DNA of 64,000 bases. Source: Bacteroidaceae bacterium. GTDB lineage: Bacteria; Bacteroidota; Bacteroidia; Bacteroidales; Bacteroidaceae. The notes beneath the pieces were generated by a model. That model saw only the letters and a program-made list of their open reading frames with translations. It was not told the origin of the DNA and searched no databases. The stretch covers positions 540 through 64,539 of the forward strand of contig JBJEKL010000007.1 in the NCBI GenBank assembly GCA_051878615.1, given 5' to 3'. Each line of letters opens with the position of its first letter. Position 1 is the stretch's first letter. The translations under genes and the position numbers were made by a program. Of the stretch, positions 26,763 through 37,938 are shown piece after piece.

Positions 26763-27332
26763 ATGGCAACAAAAAAATGGGTATGCCCCGTATGTGGTTA
26801 CGTTTATGAAGGAGAAAATCCCCCCACAGAGTGTCCTCAATGTCATGTACCTGGCTCCAAGTTCAAGGCTCTTGACGAGAACAAGGGACTGCAGTTCGTT
26901 ACCGAACACGAACTGGGCGTAGCAAACAATATCCCCGATACAGAAGATGGCAAATTTATCCGGCAAGGGCTGCACGACCACTTTATGGGCGAATGTACAG
27001 AAGTGGGAATGTATCTGGCCATGAGCCGTCAGGCTGATCGTGAAGGTTATCCCGAAATTGCCGAGGCATTCAAACGCTATGCTTTTGAAGAAGCAGAACA
27101 TGCAGCCAAGTTTGCAGAATTGCTGGGTGAGGTAGTATGGGACACCAAGACCAACGTAGAGAAGCGTATGCTGGCCGAAGAAGGTGCCTGCGCCGGCAAA
27201 ATGGAGATAGCCAAGAAGGCAAAATCCCTGAATCTGGATGCTATCCACGACACAGTACATGAGATGGCAAAAGACGAGGCACGTCATGGTGCCGGCTTCC
27301 AAGGCCTGTTCAACCGCTATTTCAAAAAGTAA
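26763..27332 (+). CDS. rbr: Rubrerythrin with N-terminal rubredoxin domain (reverse rubrerythrin)
   Basis: 189 aa. The N-terminal CxxC...CxxC (WVCPVCGY...CPQC) precedes the four-helix diiron domain (EExH motifs EEAEHAAKF and DEARHGAGF). A TAAATTTG box lies at 26674-26681. Confidence 0.85.
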   Translation: MATKKWVCPVCGYVYEGENPPTECPQCHVPGSKFKALDENKGLQFVTEHELGVANNIPDTEDGKFIRQGLHDHFMGECTEVGMYLAMSRQADREGYPEIAEAFKRYAFEEAEHAAKFAELLGEVVWDTKTNVEKRMLAEEGACAGKMEIAKKAKSLNLDAIHDTVHEMAKDEARHGAGFQGLFNRYFKK

Positions 27333-27370
27333 CTCGCCCCAAAGGGTAACCAATACTACCAAAACGCTAC

Positions 27371-27410
27371 AGCAGGGGCTGTGTCAAGAGACATAGTCCC
27401 TGCTTTTTTC
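27371..27410 (+). terminator. Rho-independent terminator between the convergent rbr and cdd genes
   Basis: AGCAGGG...CCCTGCT stem followed by TTTTTT. Confidence 0.6.
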
Positions 27411-27420
27411 TAAAGAAGAC

Positions 27421-27903
27421 CTACAGACGCATGTCAGAATCCACAAAACGCAAAGGAAGCAAGGCATCAATCCCACTACATTCATAAACGCCTTCCGTGC
27501 CGTAAAGCAAAATGCGTACAGGATGTCCAAAACGATCCTCCACACCAGAGATAACCTGTCGACAGGCACCACAGGGAGATATAGGAGCCGGAAGAAAACG
27601 ATTACCTTTGCGTGCCGCTATGGCAAGAGCCAGCACAGGCTGGTCGGGATACTGCGCGTTGGCAGCAAAAAGCGTGGTACGCTCGGCACACAAGCCCGAC
27701 GGATAAGCGGCATTCTCCTGATTGGCACCTGTAAATACCAATCCATTGGCCAACCTTGCAGCCGCTCCTACACGAAACTTGGAATATGGGGCATAACTAC
27801 CCTTCGTGGCCTCCATGGCAGCCTCCACCAGTTCCCGGTCCGATGGTGACAACTCGTCCATACCATATACACGAAACACGCTCTTAATCTCTATTTCCTT
27901 CAT
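27421..27903 (-). CDS. cdd: Cytidine deaminase
   Basis: The ORF runs to 28071, but the conserved protein begins at MKEIEIK (ATG at 27903). Zinc motifs CAER and PCGACRQ are present. Confidence 0.85.
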   Translation of the reverse strand: MKEIEIKSVFRVYGMDELSPSDRELVEAAMEATKGSYAPYSKFRVGAAARLANGLVFTGANQENAAYPSGLCAERTTLFAANAQYPDQPVLALAIAARKGNRFLPAPISPCGACRQVISGVEDRFGHPVRILLYGTEGVYECSGIDALLPLRFVDSDMRL

Positions 27904-27922
27904 AGACCAACGTTTTGCTTGA

Positions 27923-27972
27923 GACAAATTTATGTTTTTTTTTCCTAATCCAGTTATTTTTGGGTAATTTTG
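27923..27972. promoter_or_regulatory. Divergent promoter pair between cdd and the GH73-LysM gene
   Basis: TAAATTTG lies on the minus strand (27923-27930) and TAATTTTG on the plus strand (27965-27972), with a T9 run between them. Confidence 0.45.
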
Positions 27973-27991
27973 TGCCTTCAAAAGGAAAACC

Positions 27992-28912
27992 ATGCCAAAT
28001 AAAAAAAGATTTCTTACAGTTCTGTTCCTTCTTGTATGCAGCAACCTATCGTTGATGGCACAAAGAACCAACCAAGCATACTGGACTTACATCGACAAAT
28101 ACAAAGATTGGGCCATTGAACAAATGAAGCTCTATCACATTCCTGCCAGTATCACTTTGGCACAGGGATTGCTGGAGAGTGCAGCAGGACGAAGCACCCT
28201 GGCCACCGAGGCAAACAATCATTTCGGTATCAAATGCGGAGGCACATGGACAGGACCATATGTCCTACGCAACGATGATGCGCCCAATGAGAAATTCCGC
28301 AAATACCGGAACGCACACGAAAGTTTCGAGGACCACTCTCGCTTTCTCCAAGGCAAGCGTTACCAAGGATTGTTCCGTCTGCAAATCACAGACTATAAAG
28401 GATGGGCACACGGACTCAAGGCTGCAGGATATGCCACCAGCCCCACCTATGCAGAATCACTCATCCGCATCATCGAGATGTACAACCTGAGTCAGTTCGA
28501 CTCCGGTAGATATCTGCTTCTGTCACAAAAGAAAGGCGTGGTTGACCAAGACCCGTTCTACATTGACCACGTTGTCTACCGCAACAACAAGAACTATTTC
28601 ATCGTGGTGGAACCAGGTGATAACATGGCCACAATAAGCGAGAAGACAGGCGTGAGCCTGAAAGACCTGTACGAATACAACGATCTGCCCAAAGACTATG
28701 CAGCCACAGCAGGAGACCTCATCTATCTGCAAAAGAAGCGCAAGTGTGCCTCAAAAGAATTCAAGGACTACCCCATCCACATTGTGGAAGTGAACCAAAG
28801 CATGCATGACATTTGCCAGCTATACGGAATCAGGCTCAAGTATCTGTACAAGCTCAACAAGATATCTGCCGACCATATCCCTGTACAAGGTGAAATCCTG
28901 CGAATCAGATAG
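27992..28912 (+). CDS. Mannosyl-glycoprotein endo-beta-N-acetylglucosaminidase (GH73-like) with two LysM domains
   Basis: 306 aa with a signal peptide. The glucosaminidase block is ITLAQGLLESAAGRS...NNHFGIK...GYATSPTYA, followed by two C-terminal LysM-like repeats. Confidence 0.8.
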   Translation: MPNKKRFLTVLFLLVCSNLSLMAQRTNQAYWTYIDKYKDWAIEQMKLYHIPASITLAQGLLESAAGRSTLATEANNHFGIKCGGTWTGPYVLRNDDAPNEKFRKYRNAHESFEDHSRFLQGKRYQGLFRLQITDYKGWAHGLKAAGYATSPTYAESLIRIIEMYNLSQFDSGRYLLLSQKKGVVDQDPFYIDHVVYRNNKNYFIVVEPGDNMATISEKTGVSLKDLYEYNDLPKDYAATAGDLIYLQKKRKCASKEFKDYPIHIVEVNQSMHDICQLYGIRLKYLYKLNKISADHIPVQGEILRIR

Positions 28913-28915
28913 TCA

Positions 28916-28925
28916 GGGGGGGGGG
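28916..28925. repeat. G10 homopolymer tract in an intergenic region
   Basis: I count ten consecutive G starting 4 nt after the TAG of the GH73-LysM gene and 78 nt upstream of the ABC-F start. Confidence 0.9.
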
Positions 28926-28981
28926 AAAGCCTTATCAGAATAATTAATACATATATACACGCGCGCAAGAGGCGCCAATAA

Positions 28982-30625
<1,644 letters not shown>

Positions 30626-30707
30626 CAAAATGGCAACTGGCACGCTTATTGTAGCATTGTGCCAAAGAAAACATCGTGCACAAAAGCACCAGAAGCATAT
30701 ATTAAAA

Positions 30708-31328
30708 ATGAAAGAAAAAAACGAAGAAGAACTGAAGCAGAATTGCGATGAGATCCTGCAGGAAACATCTGCCAACACCGAAAATGCCGACAAAATGGCA
30801 GGACAGGAACAGCAGACGGATGCTGAGGTAACAGCCGGCCAGACTCAGCCAGAAAATACTCAAGAAAAGAGCACCGAGGAAAAGTTGCAAGATGCCGAGG
30901 AAGAAATAGCAAGCCTGAAGGACCAGTTGCTGCGCAAGATTGCTGAATTTGACAACTATCGGAAACGCACCATCAAAGAGAAAACAGAGCTGATACTAAA
31001 CGGAGGCGAGAAGACCGTGGCGGCGATCCTGCCCATATTGGATGACATGGAACGAGCTCTGACCAACATGGAAAAAGCAGAAGACGTGAAAGCTGTCGTG
31101 GAAGGAGTGAAGCTGATACACAAGAAGTTCATTGACATCCTTGGCAAGCAAGGCGTACAACCTATCGATACCAAGGATGCCACCTTTGATGTCGACCTTC
31201 ATGAAGCAATTGCCCAATTACCTGCACCTTGCGACGAGATGAAGGGAAAGGTGATGGACTGCACCCTCACTGGATACAAGCTCAACGAGAAGGTAATTCG
31301 CCACGCACAAGTGGTGGTGGGACTCTAA
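30708..31328 (+). CDS. grpE: Nucleotide exchange factor GrpE
   Basis: The ORF opens at 30561, but the likely start is MKEKNEEE at 30708. GrpE blocks are AEFDNYRKR, LPILDDMERA and HEAIAQ. It lies directly upstream of dnaJ. Confidence 0.85.
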   Translation: MKEKNEEELKQNCDEILQETSANTENADKMAGQEQQTDAEVTAGQTQPENTQEKSTEEKLQDAEEEIASLKDQLLRKIAEFDNYRKRTIKEKTELILNGGEKTVAAILPILDDMERALTNMEKAEDVKAVVEGVKLIHKKFIDILGKQGVQPIDTKDATFDVDLHEAIAQLPAPCDEMKGKVMDCTLTGYKLNEKVIRHAQVVVGL

Positions 31329-31362
31329 GCAGCCACACGCCAACCATAAAAGGAGGAAGACT

Positions 31363-32550
31363 ATGGCAAACAAAAGAGACTACTACGAGGTGCTCGGCGT
31401 AAGCAAGAACGCCAGTGATGCCGAGATAAAGAGCGCATACAAGAAAATGGCCATCAAGTACCACCCCGACCGTCAGGCAGACAAAACGGAGGAGGAAAAG
31501 AAGGTTGCTGAAGAAAAATTCAAAGAAGCTGCTGAGGCATATGACGTGCTGCGTGACCCACAGAAGCGACAGCAGTATGACCAGTTCGGATTCAATGGTC
31601 CACAATTTGGGGGAGCAGGATTCGGAGGAGCGTCCAGCATGAGCATGGATGACATCTTCAGCATGTTCGGCGATATCTTTGGTGGACATGGAGCAGGAAG
31701 TCCATTTGACAGTTTCTTTGGAGGAGGCGGCCACGGAAGCAGAGGTGGCAGGCCGCAATTCAAAGGAGGCGACCTCAGAATCAACGTTCGACTGACACTT
31801 AACGAAGTACTCACCGGAGTAACAAAGAAGTTCAAGGTGAAGAAAAACGTAGTCTGTCCTGAATGTCACGGAACAGGAAGTCAAGACGGAAAGACAGAAA
31901 CCTGCGGACAATGTAAGGGAACAGGTGTAGTATACCGCACCATGCGCACTATGCTTGGTGCCATGCAAACACAGACCACCTGCCCTGGATGTGGAGGTAC
32001 CGGTTCCATCATCAAGAACAGATGCGGACGTTGTGGAGGTGAAGGCATTGTAAGCGGAGAAGAAGTTGTAGAGGTGAAGATTCCAGCAGGAATTGACAAC
32101 GGCATGGTAGTCAATGTACCTGGCAAGGGACATGCTGGGAAACTTAACGGCGTACCTGGAGACATCCAAGTGATTGTAACTGTAGAGGAAAACAAAACCT
32201 TCGTGCGTAATGGCAACGACTTGTACTACCAGCTGCAACTGGATATTCCTACTGCCGTACTGGGTGGCTCGGTGGAGATTCCCACATTGGAAGGCAAAGT
32301 GAAGATTAAAATTGAACCCGGCACACAGCCTGGAAAGGTAATGCGCATACGCGGAAAAGGGCTCCCTGCCCTGCAAGGTTTCGGGTATGGTACAGGTGAC
32401 ATCATCGTGACAACCAATGTCTACATTCCACAAAACCTCTCAAAAGGCGAGAAGGAAATTTTCGAGAGACTGAAAGAAAATGAGCACATGAAACCCAGCG
32501 AGAGTAACAAGGAGAACTTCTTCAGCAAATTCAAGAAACAGTTCGAATAA
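31363..32550 (+). CDS. dnaJ: Molecular chaperone DnaJ
   Basis: 395 aa with a J-domain (DYYEVLGV...HPDR), a G/F-rich region and four CxxCxGxG zinc motifs. Confidence 0.95.
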   Translation: MANKRDYYEVLGVSKNASDAEIKSAYKKMAIKYHPDRQADKTEEEKKVAEEKFKEAAEAYDVLRDPQKRQQYDQFGFNGPQFGGAGFGGASSMSMDDIFSMFGDIFGGHGAGSPFDSFFGGGGHGSRGGRPQFKGGDLRINVRLTLNEVLTGVTKKFKVKKNVVCPECHGTGSQDGKTETCGQCKGTGVVYRTMRTMLGAMQTQTTCPGCGGTGSIIKNRCGRCGGEGIVSGEEVVEVKIPAGIDNGMVVNVPGKGHAGKLNGVPGDIQVIVTVEENKTFVRNGNDLYYQLQLDIPTAVLGGSVEIPTLEGKVKIKIEPGTQPGKVMRIRGKGLPALQGFGYGTGDIIVTTNVYIPQNLSKGEKEIFERLKENEHMKPSESNKENFFSKFKKQFE

Positions 32551-32568
32551 TCCCAAGTTCACATCCGT

Positions 32569-33870
32569 ATGACCTACGAACAAGCCATAAACTATCTGTA
32601 CGAATCCGCCCCGCTATTCCAAAATATCGGGGCGGGCGCATATAAGGAAGGATTGAGCAACACAGAGTTGCTTGACAAGCATTTCCTACATCCGCATCGG
32701 CAATATGCAACCATCCACGTGGCGGGAACCAACGGCAAAGGTTCAGTAAGCCATACGCTGGCAGCCATACTTCAAAGTGAAGGACTGAGAGTCGGACTAT
32801 ATACCAGTCCGCACCTGACCGACTTTAGGGAACGTATTCGTGTCAACGGAAAAATGATTCCACAAGCGCGTGTAGTGGCTTTTGTGGAAGAAGAGCGTAG
32901 CTTCTTCGAGCCTCTGCACCCTTCCTTTTTTGAACTTACAACCGCTCTTGCCTTAAAGTACTTTGCCGAAGAAAAGGTGGATGTTGCTGTAATTGAGGTT
33001 GGTTTAGGTGGCAGATTAGATTGTACAAACATCATACAGCCACTAGTAAGCGTCATCACAAACATCAGCTTCGACCATATCCAAATTCTGGGCGACACAT
33101 TGGAAAAGATTGCCGGAGAGAAAGCTGGAATCATCAAGCACGGCATCCCTGCCATTGTAGGCGAATGGGGAAAGGAAAGTGTGGCAAAGGTATTCGCACA
33201 GAAAGCAGATGAGGTGGGCACGACATTGACCTTTGCTGACCAGCAAAATGAAATCATAGATTTTACATTTGCACCTGGCAAGGGTTACACTTATCACACA
33301 TCCACTTTTGAGACCATACATGGAGAACTGGAAGGACTCTGTCAGGAGAAGAATACAGCCACCATACTGGAATCCATCAAAATATTACGAAGTAGAGGAC
33401 TCAACATCAGTAGCCAAGCTGTAAAGGATGGATTTGCAAACGTATGCCTTCTTACAGGTCTCAGAGGGCGATGGCAGAAAATATCAGACAGACCACTTTC
33501 TATCTGCGACACAGGACACAACGTAGGAGGGATGCAATATATCACGCACCAACTGGCCATTATCCCACACCACACTTTACATATCGTGATTGGTATGGTC
33601 AACGACAAAGATGTGAGCACTGTGTTGTCCATGCTTCCCAAAAATGCAACATACTACTTTACCCAAGCCTCGGTAAAACGTGCCATACCATGCGATGATT
33701 TTTCCCGAAAAGCAGCCCTTCATGGATTAAAAGGCAGATGCTACCCCACCGTATCAGCCGCCTATCATGCCGCGAAATCAGCATCAGAGGACGAAGACCT
33801 GATATTTATCGGAGGAAGCACATTCATTGTTGCCGATTTGTTTACTGCCTTGGAGCAGGACAAAATATAA
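32569..33870 (+). CDS. folC: Folylpolyglutamate synthase / dihydrofolate synthase
   Basis: 433 aa with the Mur-ligase P-loop VAGTNGKGSV, followed by LYTSPHL and EVGLGGRLD. Confidence 0.85.
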   Translation: MTYEQAINYLYESAPLFQNIGAGAYKEGLSNTELLDKHFLHPHRQYATIHVAGTNGKGSVSHTLAAILQSEGLRVGLYTSPHLTDFRERIRVNGKMIPQARVVAFVEEERSFFEPLHPSFFELTTALALKYFAEEKVDVAVIEVGLGGRLDCTNIIQPLVSVITNISFDHIQILGDTLEKIAGEKAGIIKHGIPAIVGEWGKESVAKVFAQKADEVGTTLTFADQQNEIIDFTFAPGKGYTYHTSTFETIHGELEGLCQEKNTATILESIKILRSRGLNISSQAVKDGFANVCLLTGLRGRWQKISDRPLSICDTGHNVGGMQYITHQLAIIPHHTLHIVIGMVNDKDVSTVLSMLPKNATYYFTQASVKRAIPCDDFSRKAALHGLKGRCYPTVSAAYHAAKSASEDEDLIFIGGSTFIVADLFTALEQDKI

Positions 33871-33936
33871 TCAATCTACAATGCCTTCGACCTGGAAGCC
33901 ACAGTCGGCTGCACAGATAGACAAAACTGACAGGAA

Positions 33937-33957
33937 ATCGAATGACTGATTTGGGTT
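33937..33957 (-). repeat. REP-like 20-mer, single arm in reverse orientation
   Basis: The reverse complement AACCCAAATCAGTCATTCGAT matches AACCCAAATCGGTCATCAGAT at 18 of 21 positions. It lies 67 nt after the folC stop. Confidence 0.6.
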
Positions 33958-34004
33958 AAAGTGAAAAATTGTCGCCCTGTTCGAAACTTTTTGTTCATCT
34001 TATT

Positions 34005-34034
34005 TGTAAAGTCCACTTATTCTTTTTAAGTTTG
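34005..34034 (+). promoter_or_regulatory. Promoter for the galM-MFS-galK unit (-33 TTTG / -7 TAAGTTTG)
   Basis: TTTG at 34005-34008 and TAAGTTTG at 34027-34034 are separated by 18 nt. Confidence 0.5.
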
Positions 34035-34089
34035 CATTAGGAATTTGGCGAATTAGCCAGAAAATACGTCAAACTAAAGAGATATTCCG

Positions 34090-35172
34090 ATGGACAAAGA
34101 ACTGATTTCCGGTCTGAAAAGAGAAGACTTTCAGGCTGTGGTACAGGGCAAGCAGACAGACCTCTATACCCTGACCAACAGCAATGGTATGGAAGTAAGC
34201 ATCACCAATTATGGAGGTGCTTTGGTGGCCATCATGGTTCCCGACAGGGAAGGCAAGATGGCCAATGTCATTCAAGGCCATGACAGCATAAAAGGAGTGG
34301 TCGAAAGTCCAGAGCCATTCCTAAGCACCCTGGTTGGCAGATACGGAAACCGCATCTGCAAAGGTAAGTTTACCATGAATGGCAAGGAATATAGTCTGGC
34401 TGTTAACAATGGCCCCAACCATCTGCATGGCGGCCCCACCGGATTCCATGCCAGAGTCTGGGATGCCGAGCAAATCAATGACCACGAACTGGTGCTTCGC
34501 TACATCTCAGCCTATTACGAAGAAGGATTCCCAGGTGAATTGCACATGAATGTCAAATACAGCCTGAGTGAAGACAACGAACTGATTATCGATTATCGCG
34601 GAACAACCAACAAGAAGACCGTGGTCAACATGACGAGCCATGGTTTCTTCTCACTTGCAGGCATTGCCAATCCTACCCCCGAAGCATTGAACTGCCAGTT
34701 GCAGATCAACGCAGACTTCTATATCCCTATTGACGAAACAAGTATCCCCACAGGAGAGATTCTCAAAGTAGAAGGAACCCCCTTTGATTTCCGCACTCCC
34801 CACACCGTGGGCGAACGAATCCATGATACGAGCAATCAGCAAATTGTAAATGGTACAGGATACGACCACTGCTACGTCCTGAACAAGCGAGAGCCTGGCG
34901 AACTGAGTTTTGCTGTAAAATGTACCGAACCCGTTAGCGGTCGTGTCATGGAAATGTATACCACCGAACCAGGTGTACAATTCTATAGCAGCAACTGGCT
35001 CAGCGGATTTGAAGGCTGCCATGGAGCCACCTTCGGAAAATATAGTGCTCTCTGTTTTGAAGCACAACACTTCCCCGATAGTCCCAATCGGCCTTACTTC
35101 CCCAGCGTAATCCTGAAACCTGGTGAAATATACAAGCAGAAAACCGTGTACAGGTTCAGTACTGAGGATTAA
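34090..35172 (+). CDS. galM: Aldose 1-epimerase (galactose mutarotase)
   Basis: 360 aa with GRYGNRI, NNGPNHLHGG, GFPG and the CFE..HFPDSPN block. Promoter-like TTTG-18 nt-TAAGTTTG lies at 34005-34034. Confidence 0.85.
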   Translation: MDKELISGLKREDFQAVVQGKQTDLYTLTNSNGMEVSITNYGGALVAIMVPDREGKMANVIQGHDSIKGVVESPEPFLSTLVGRYGNRICKGKFTMNGKEYSLAVNNGPNHLHGGPTGFHARVWDAEQINDHELVLRYISAYYEEGFPGELHMNVKYSLSEDNELIIDYRGTTNKKTVVNMTSHGFFSLAGIANPTPEALNCQLQINADFYIPIDETSIPTGEILKVEGTPFDFRTPHTVGERIHDTSNQQIVNGTGYDHCYVLNKREPGELSFAVKCTEPVSGRVMEMYTTEPGVQFYSSNWLSGFEGCHGATFGKYSALCFEAQHFPDSPNRPYFPSVILKPGEIYKQKTVYRFSTED

Positions 35173-35234
35173 GTATCCGAGAAGCACTTCTCCTGAAAAT
35201 AATCATTTATAAATCCATAATTAAAACAAAACTA

Positions 35235-36494
35235 ATGGCACAAAAATCAAAACAGTGGGCAGCGATTATCATGATGGTCGCTCTCTTCGCAATGATTGCC
35301 TTCGTGACCAACCTGTGCTCACCCATGGCAACCATCGTTAAAAACCAGTTCGGAGCATCAGAGGCAGCCGGACAGATTGGCAACTATGCAAACTTCATTG
35401 CATACCTTGTGATGGGTATTCCCAGTGGCATGCTCATCTCCAAGTTGGGGTACAAGAAGACTGCTCTTGCAGCTCTTCTGGTAGGTATCGCAGGTATCGT
35501 GCTCGAGTATCTGAGCGGTGTAATGGGTAGCTATTGGGTATACCTCGGTGGCGCCTTCATCAGCGGTCTGTGCATGTGCATGCTGAATACTGTTGTCAAT
35601 CCTCTGCTCAACGTTCTGGGCGGTGGCGGCAAGACTGGTAACCAGTTGATTCAGATTGGCGGAGCATTCAACTCTGCTGCTGCCGTTGCCGTGTACATCA
35701 TGATGGGCGCCCTCATTGGTGAGGTTACCAAGGATACAGGTATATCTGACGCCACTCCTGCCTTGATTATCGCAGGTGCCATCTTCGTAGTTGCCTTTGT
35801 TATCCTGATGTTCACCAAGATTGAAGAGCCCGAGCAGGCTCCTGTTGAGTTGAAGCTCATCACAGGTGCACTCAGTTTCCGTCATTTTGCACTGGGCGCT
35901 TTGGCCATCTTCACCTACATGAGTGTTGAGGTTGGCACTCCCACCTATATGATGTCATTCCTTCAGACTCCCGAAGTGGGCGTAAGCGCAGGCGTGGCAG
36001 GTCTGATTGCATCTGTATATTGGCTGATGATGTTCATTGGCCGTTCTGTCGGAGGTTCCATCGGTGGTTTGGTTAGCAGCCGCGTAATGGTCAGCACCGT
36101 TGCTACTACGGCAATCATCCTGCTGGCATTCGGTATCTTTGCTCCCACAAGCATCACCGTTGAGGTTCCTGGAATCGACTGGGCCAAGCTATCTGTAATC
36201 TGGACTGCTGTTCCCGTCAATGTATTCGCCTTCATCCTGGTGGGTCTTTGCACTTCAGTGATGTGGGGTGGCATTTTCAACATGGCTGTTGAAGGTCTCG
36301 GCAAGTACACCGCTGCTGCATCCGGCATTTTCATGACCATGGTATTCGGTTGCGCCGTGATGGTATGGCTGCAGGCTGTAGTTGCCGACCAGGTAGGCTA
36401 CCTGAACAGCTATTTCATCCCTCTGGCCTGTGCTGCATATATCTTGTTCTATGCCCTCGTAGGTTCCAGAGTATCAAAGAAAAGCGAAGAGTAA
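35235..36494 (+). CDS. MFS sugar transporter (glucose/galactose, FucP/GluP-type)
   Basis: 419 aa with 12 predicted TM helices. It sits between galM and galK. Confidence 0.75.
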   Translation: MAQKSKQWAAIIMMVALFAMIAFVTNLCSPMATIVKNQFGASEAAGQIGNYANFIAYLVMGIPSGMLISKLGYKKTALAALLVGIAGIVLEYLSGVMGSYWVYLGGAFISGLCMCMLNTVVNPLLNVLGGGGKTGNQLIQIGGAFNSAAAVAVYIMMGALIGEVTKDTGISDATPALIIAGAIFVVAFVILMFTKIEEPEQAPVELKLITGALSFRHFALGALAIFTYMSVEVGTPTYMMSFLQTPEVGVSAGVAGLIASVYWLMMFIGRSVGGSIGGLVSSRVMVSTVATTAIILLAFGIFAPTSITVEVPGIDWAKLSVIWTAVPVNVFAFILVGLCTSVMWGGIFNMAVEGLGKYTAAASGIFMTMVFGCAVMVWLQAVVADQVGYLNSYFIPLACAAYILFYALVGSRVSKKSEE

Positions 36495-36517
36495 TTTCCA
36501 ATAAATGTTTAATCAGA

Positions 36518-36548
36518 GTCTTGCGTTGACATCACCTCGGCGCAAGAC
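36518..36548 (+). terminator. Hairpin between the MFS transporter and galK (terminator/attenuator candidate)
   Basis: 8-bp stem GTCTTGCG/CGCAAGAC with a 15-nt loop. Confidence 0.4.
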
Positions 36549-36574
36549 CCTTTAACAAAAACAACAATACAGCC

Positions 36575-37735
36575 ATGAGACTGACAATAGATGATGTAAG
36601 AAGCCGTTTTATCAAGCACTTCGATGGTAGTACAGGTTCTGTTTATGCTTCTCCAGGAAGAATCAATCTGATTGGTGAGCATACCGACTACAACAATGGT
36701 TATGTATTCCCCGGCGCTGTGGAACAAGGGATTATCGCAGAGATCAAACCTAATGGCACACGTAAGGTTCGTGCCTACTCTATTGACCTGAAGGACTACA
36801 CGGAATTCCTCCTTGATGACGAGCAGGGTCCCAAGGCATCATGGGCTCGCTACATCTATGGAGTATGCCGTGAGATGATGGCACTTGGCGTGCCTGTAGA
36901 AGGCTTCAACACAGCCTTTGCCGGTGATGTTCCTTTGGGTGCAGGCATGAGTTCAAGTGCCGCCTTGGAGAGCACATTTGCCTTTGCACTGAATGACATA
37001 TGGGGCGAGAACAAGATTGACCGTATGGAGTTGGCTCGTGTGGGTCAGCGTACCGAACACAAATACATAGGTGTGATGTGCGGTATCATGGATCAGGCCA
37101 TCTCATGCTTAGGCAAGAAGGGATCTCTGCTCCGTCTGGATTGCCGTAGCGGCGAATACGAGTATTTCCCATGGAATCCTAAAGGGTACCAGTTGGTATT
37201 GGTAAACAGTTGTGTGAAGCACACTCTGGCAGGAAGCCCCTACAACGAGAGGAGACTGCAATGCGAACATGTGGCTGAAATCATCGGCAAGATTCATCCT
37301 GAGGTGAAGTCACTACGTGACGCAAACATGGAGATGCTGGAGGAAGTCAAAGGTCAGATTACTGGTGACGAGTACAAGCGTGCACGTTATGTCATCGGCG
37401 AAGTAGAGCGCGTGCTTGCTGTATGCGAGGCTCTCAAGATTGACGACTATGAAATGGTAGGCAAGATGATGTACGAGACCCACTATGGTTTGAGCAAGGA
37501 GTACGAGGTAAGCTGCGAGGAACTTGACTATCTGAACGAGATTGCCAAAGAGACCGGTGTAACAGGCTCACGTATCATGGGTGGCGGTTTCGGAGGTTGC
37601 ACCATCAACCTGGTTGCCGAGGAGTTGGTAAGCAACTTCAAGAAGGTTGTCAAGGAGAAGTTTGCCGAGAAATATGGCAAGGAACCCATCATCATTGATG
37701 TGGTGATTGGTGATGGCGCTCGTAAGCTCTGCTAA
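36575..37735 (+). CDS. galK: Galactokinase
   Basis: 386 aa with the galactokinase signature GRINLIGEHTDYN and the GHMP motif GAGMSSSAALE. Confidence 0.9.
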   Translation: MRLTIDDVRSRFIKHFDGSTGSVYASPGRINLIGEHTDYNNGYVFPGAVEQGIIAEIKPNGTRKVRAYSIDLKDYTEFLLDDEQGPKASWARYIYGVCREMMALGVPVEGFNTAFAGDVPLGAGMSSSAALESTFAFALNDIWGENKIDRMELARVGQRTEHKYIGVMCGIMDQAISCLGKKGSLLRLDCRSGEYEYFPWNPKGYQLVLVNSCVKHTLAGSPYNERRLQCEHVAEIIGKIHPEVKSLRDANMEMLEEVKGQITGDEYKRARYVIGEVERVLAVCEALKIDDYEMVGKMMYETHYGLSKEYEVSCEELDYLNEIAKETGVTGSRIMGGGFGGCTINLVAEELVSNFKKVVKEKFAEKYGKEPIIIDVVIGDGARKLC

Positions 37736-37759
37736 TATTAGGGTAAAAAAGACGACATG

Positions 37760-37809
37760 GAAGGCTCCCATTATAGATCTGATCTATATATGGGAGCCTT
37801 CTCCTTTTT
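37760..37809 (+). terminator. Rho-independent terminator after galK
   Basis: 11-bp stem GAAGGCTCCCA/TGGGAGCCTTC with an internally palindromic loop, followed by TCCTTTTT. Confidence 0.7.
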
Positions 37810-37938
37810 AACCTGCAAACATGATCTGTCATATCCCGTTTTTCCCGTCAACATTAACTAATTGGAATTGATGGGGAAAAGCATCCAAATCACTAAAGCG
37901 ACAAACGTCAAAACCAAGAATACTATCAGAACATCATT

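Noticed and set aside
34005-37735. The GCAAACGTTTGC palindrome as the GalR-type operator of the nearby galM-MFS-galK unit.
   Set aside because: No copy of the palindrome or a close variant occurs in the gal promoter region (33871-34089) or between the gal genes. The array lies 3.8 kb downstream, behind tkt-rpiB and a strong terminator.
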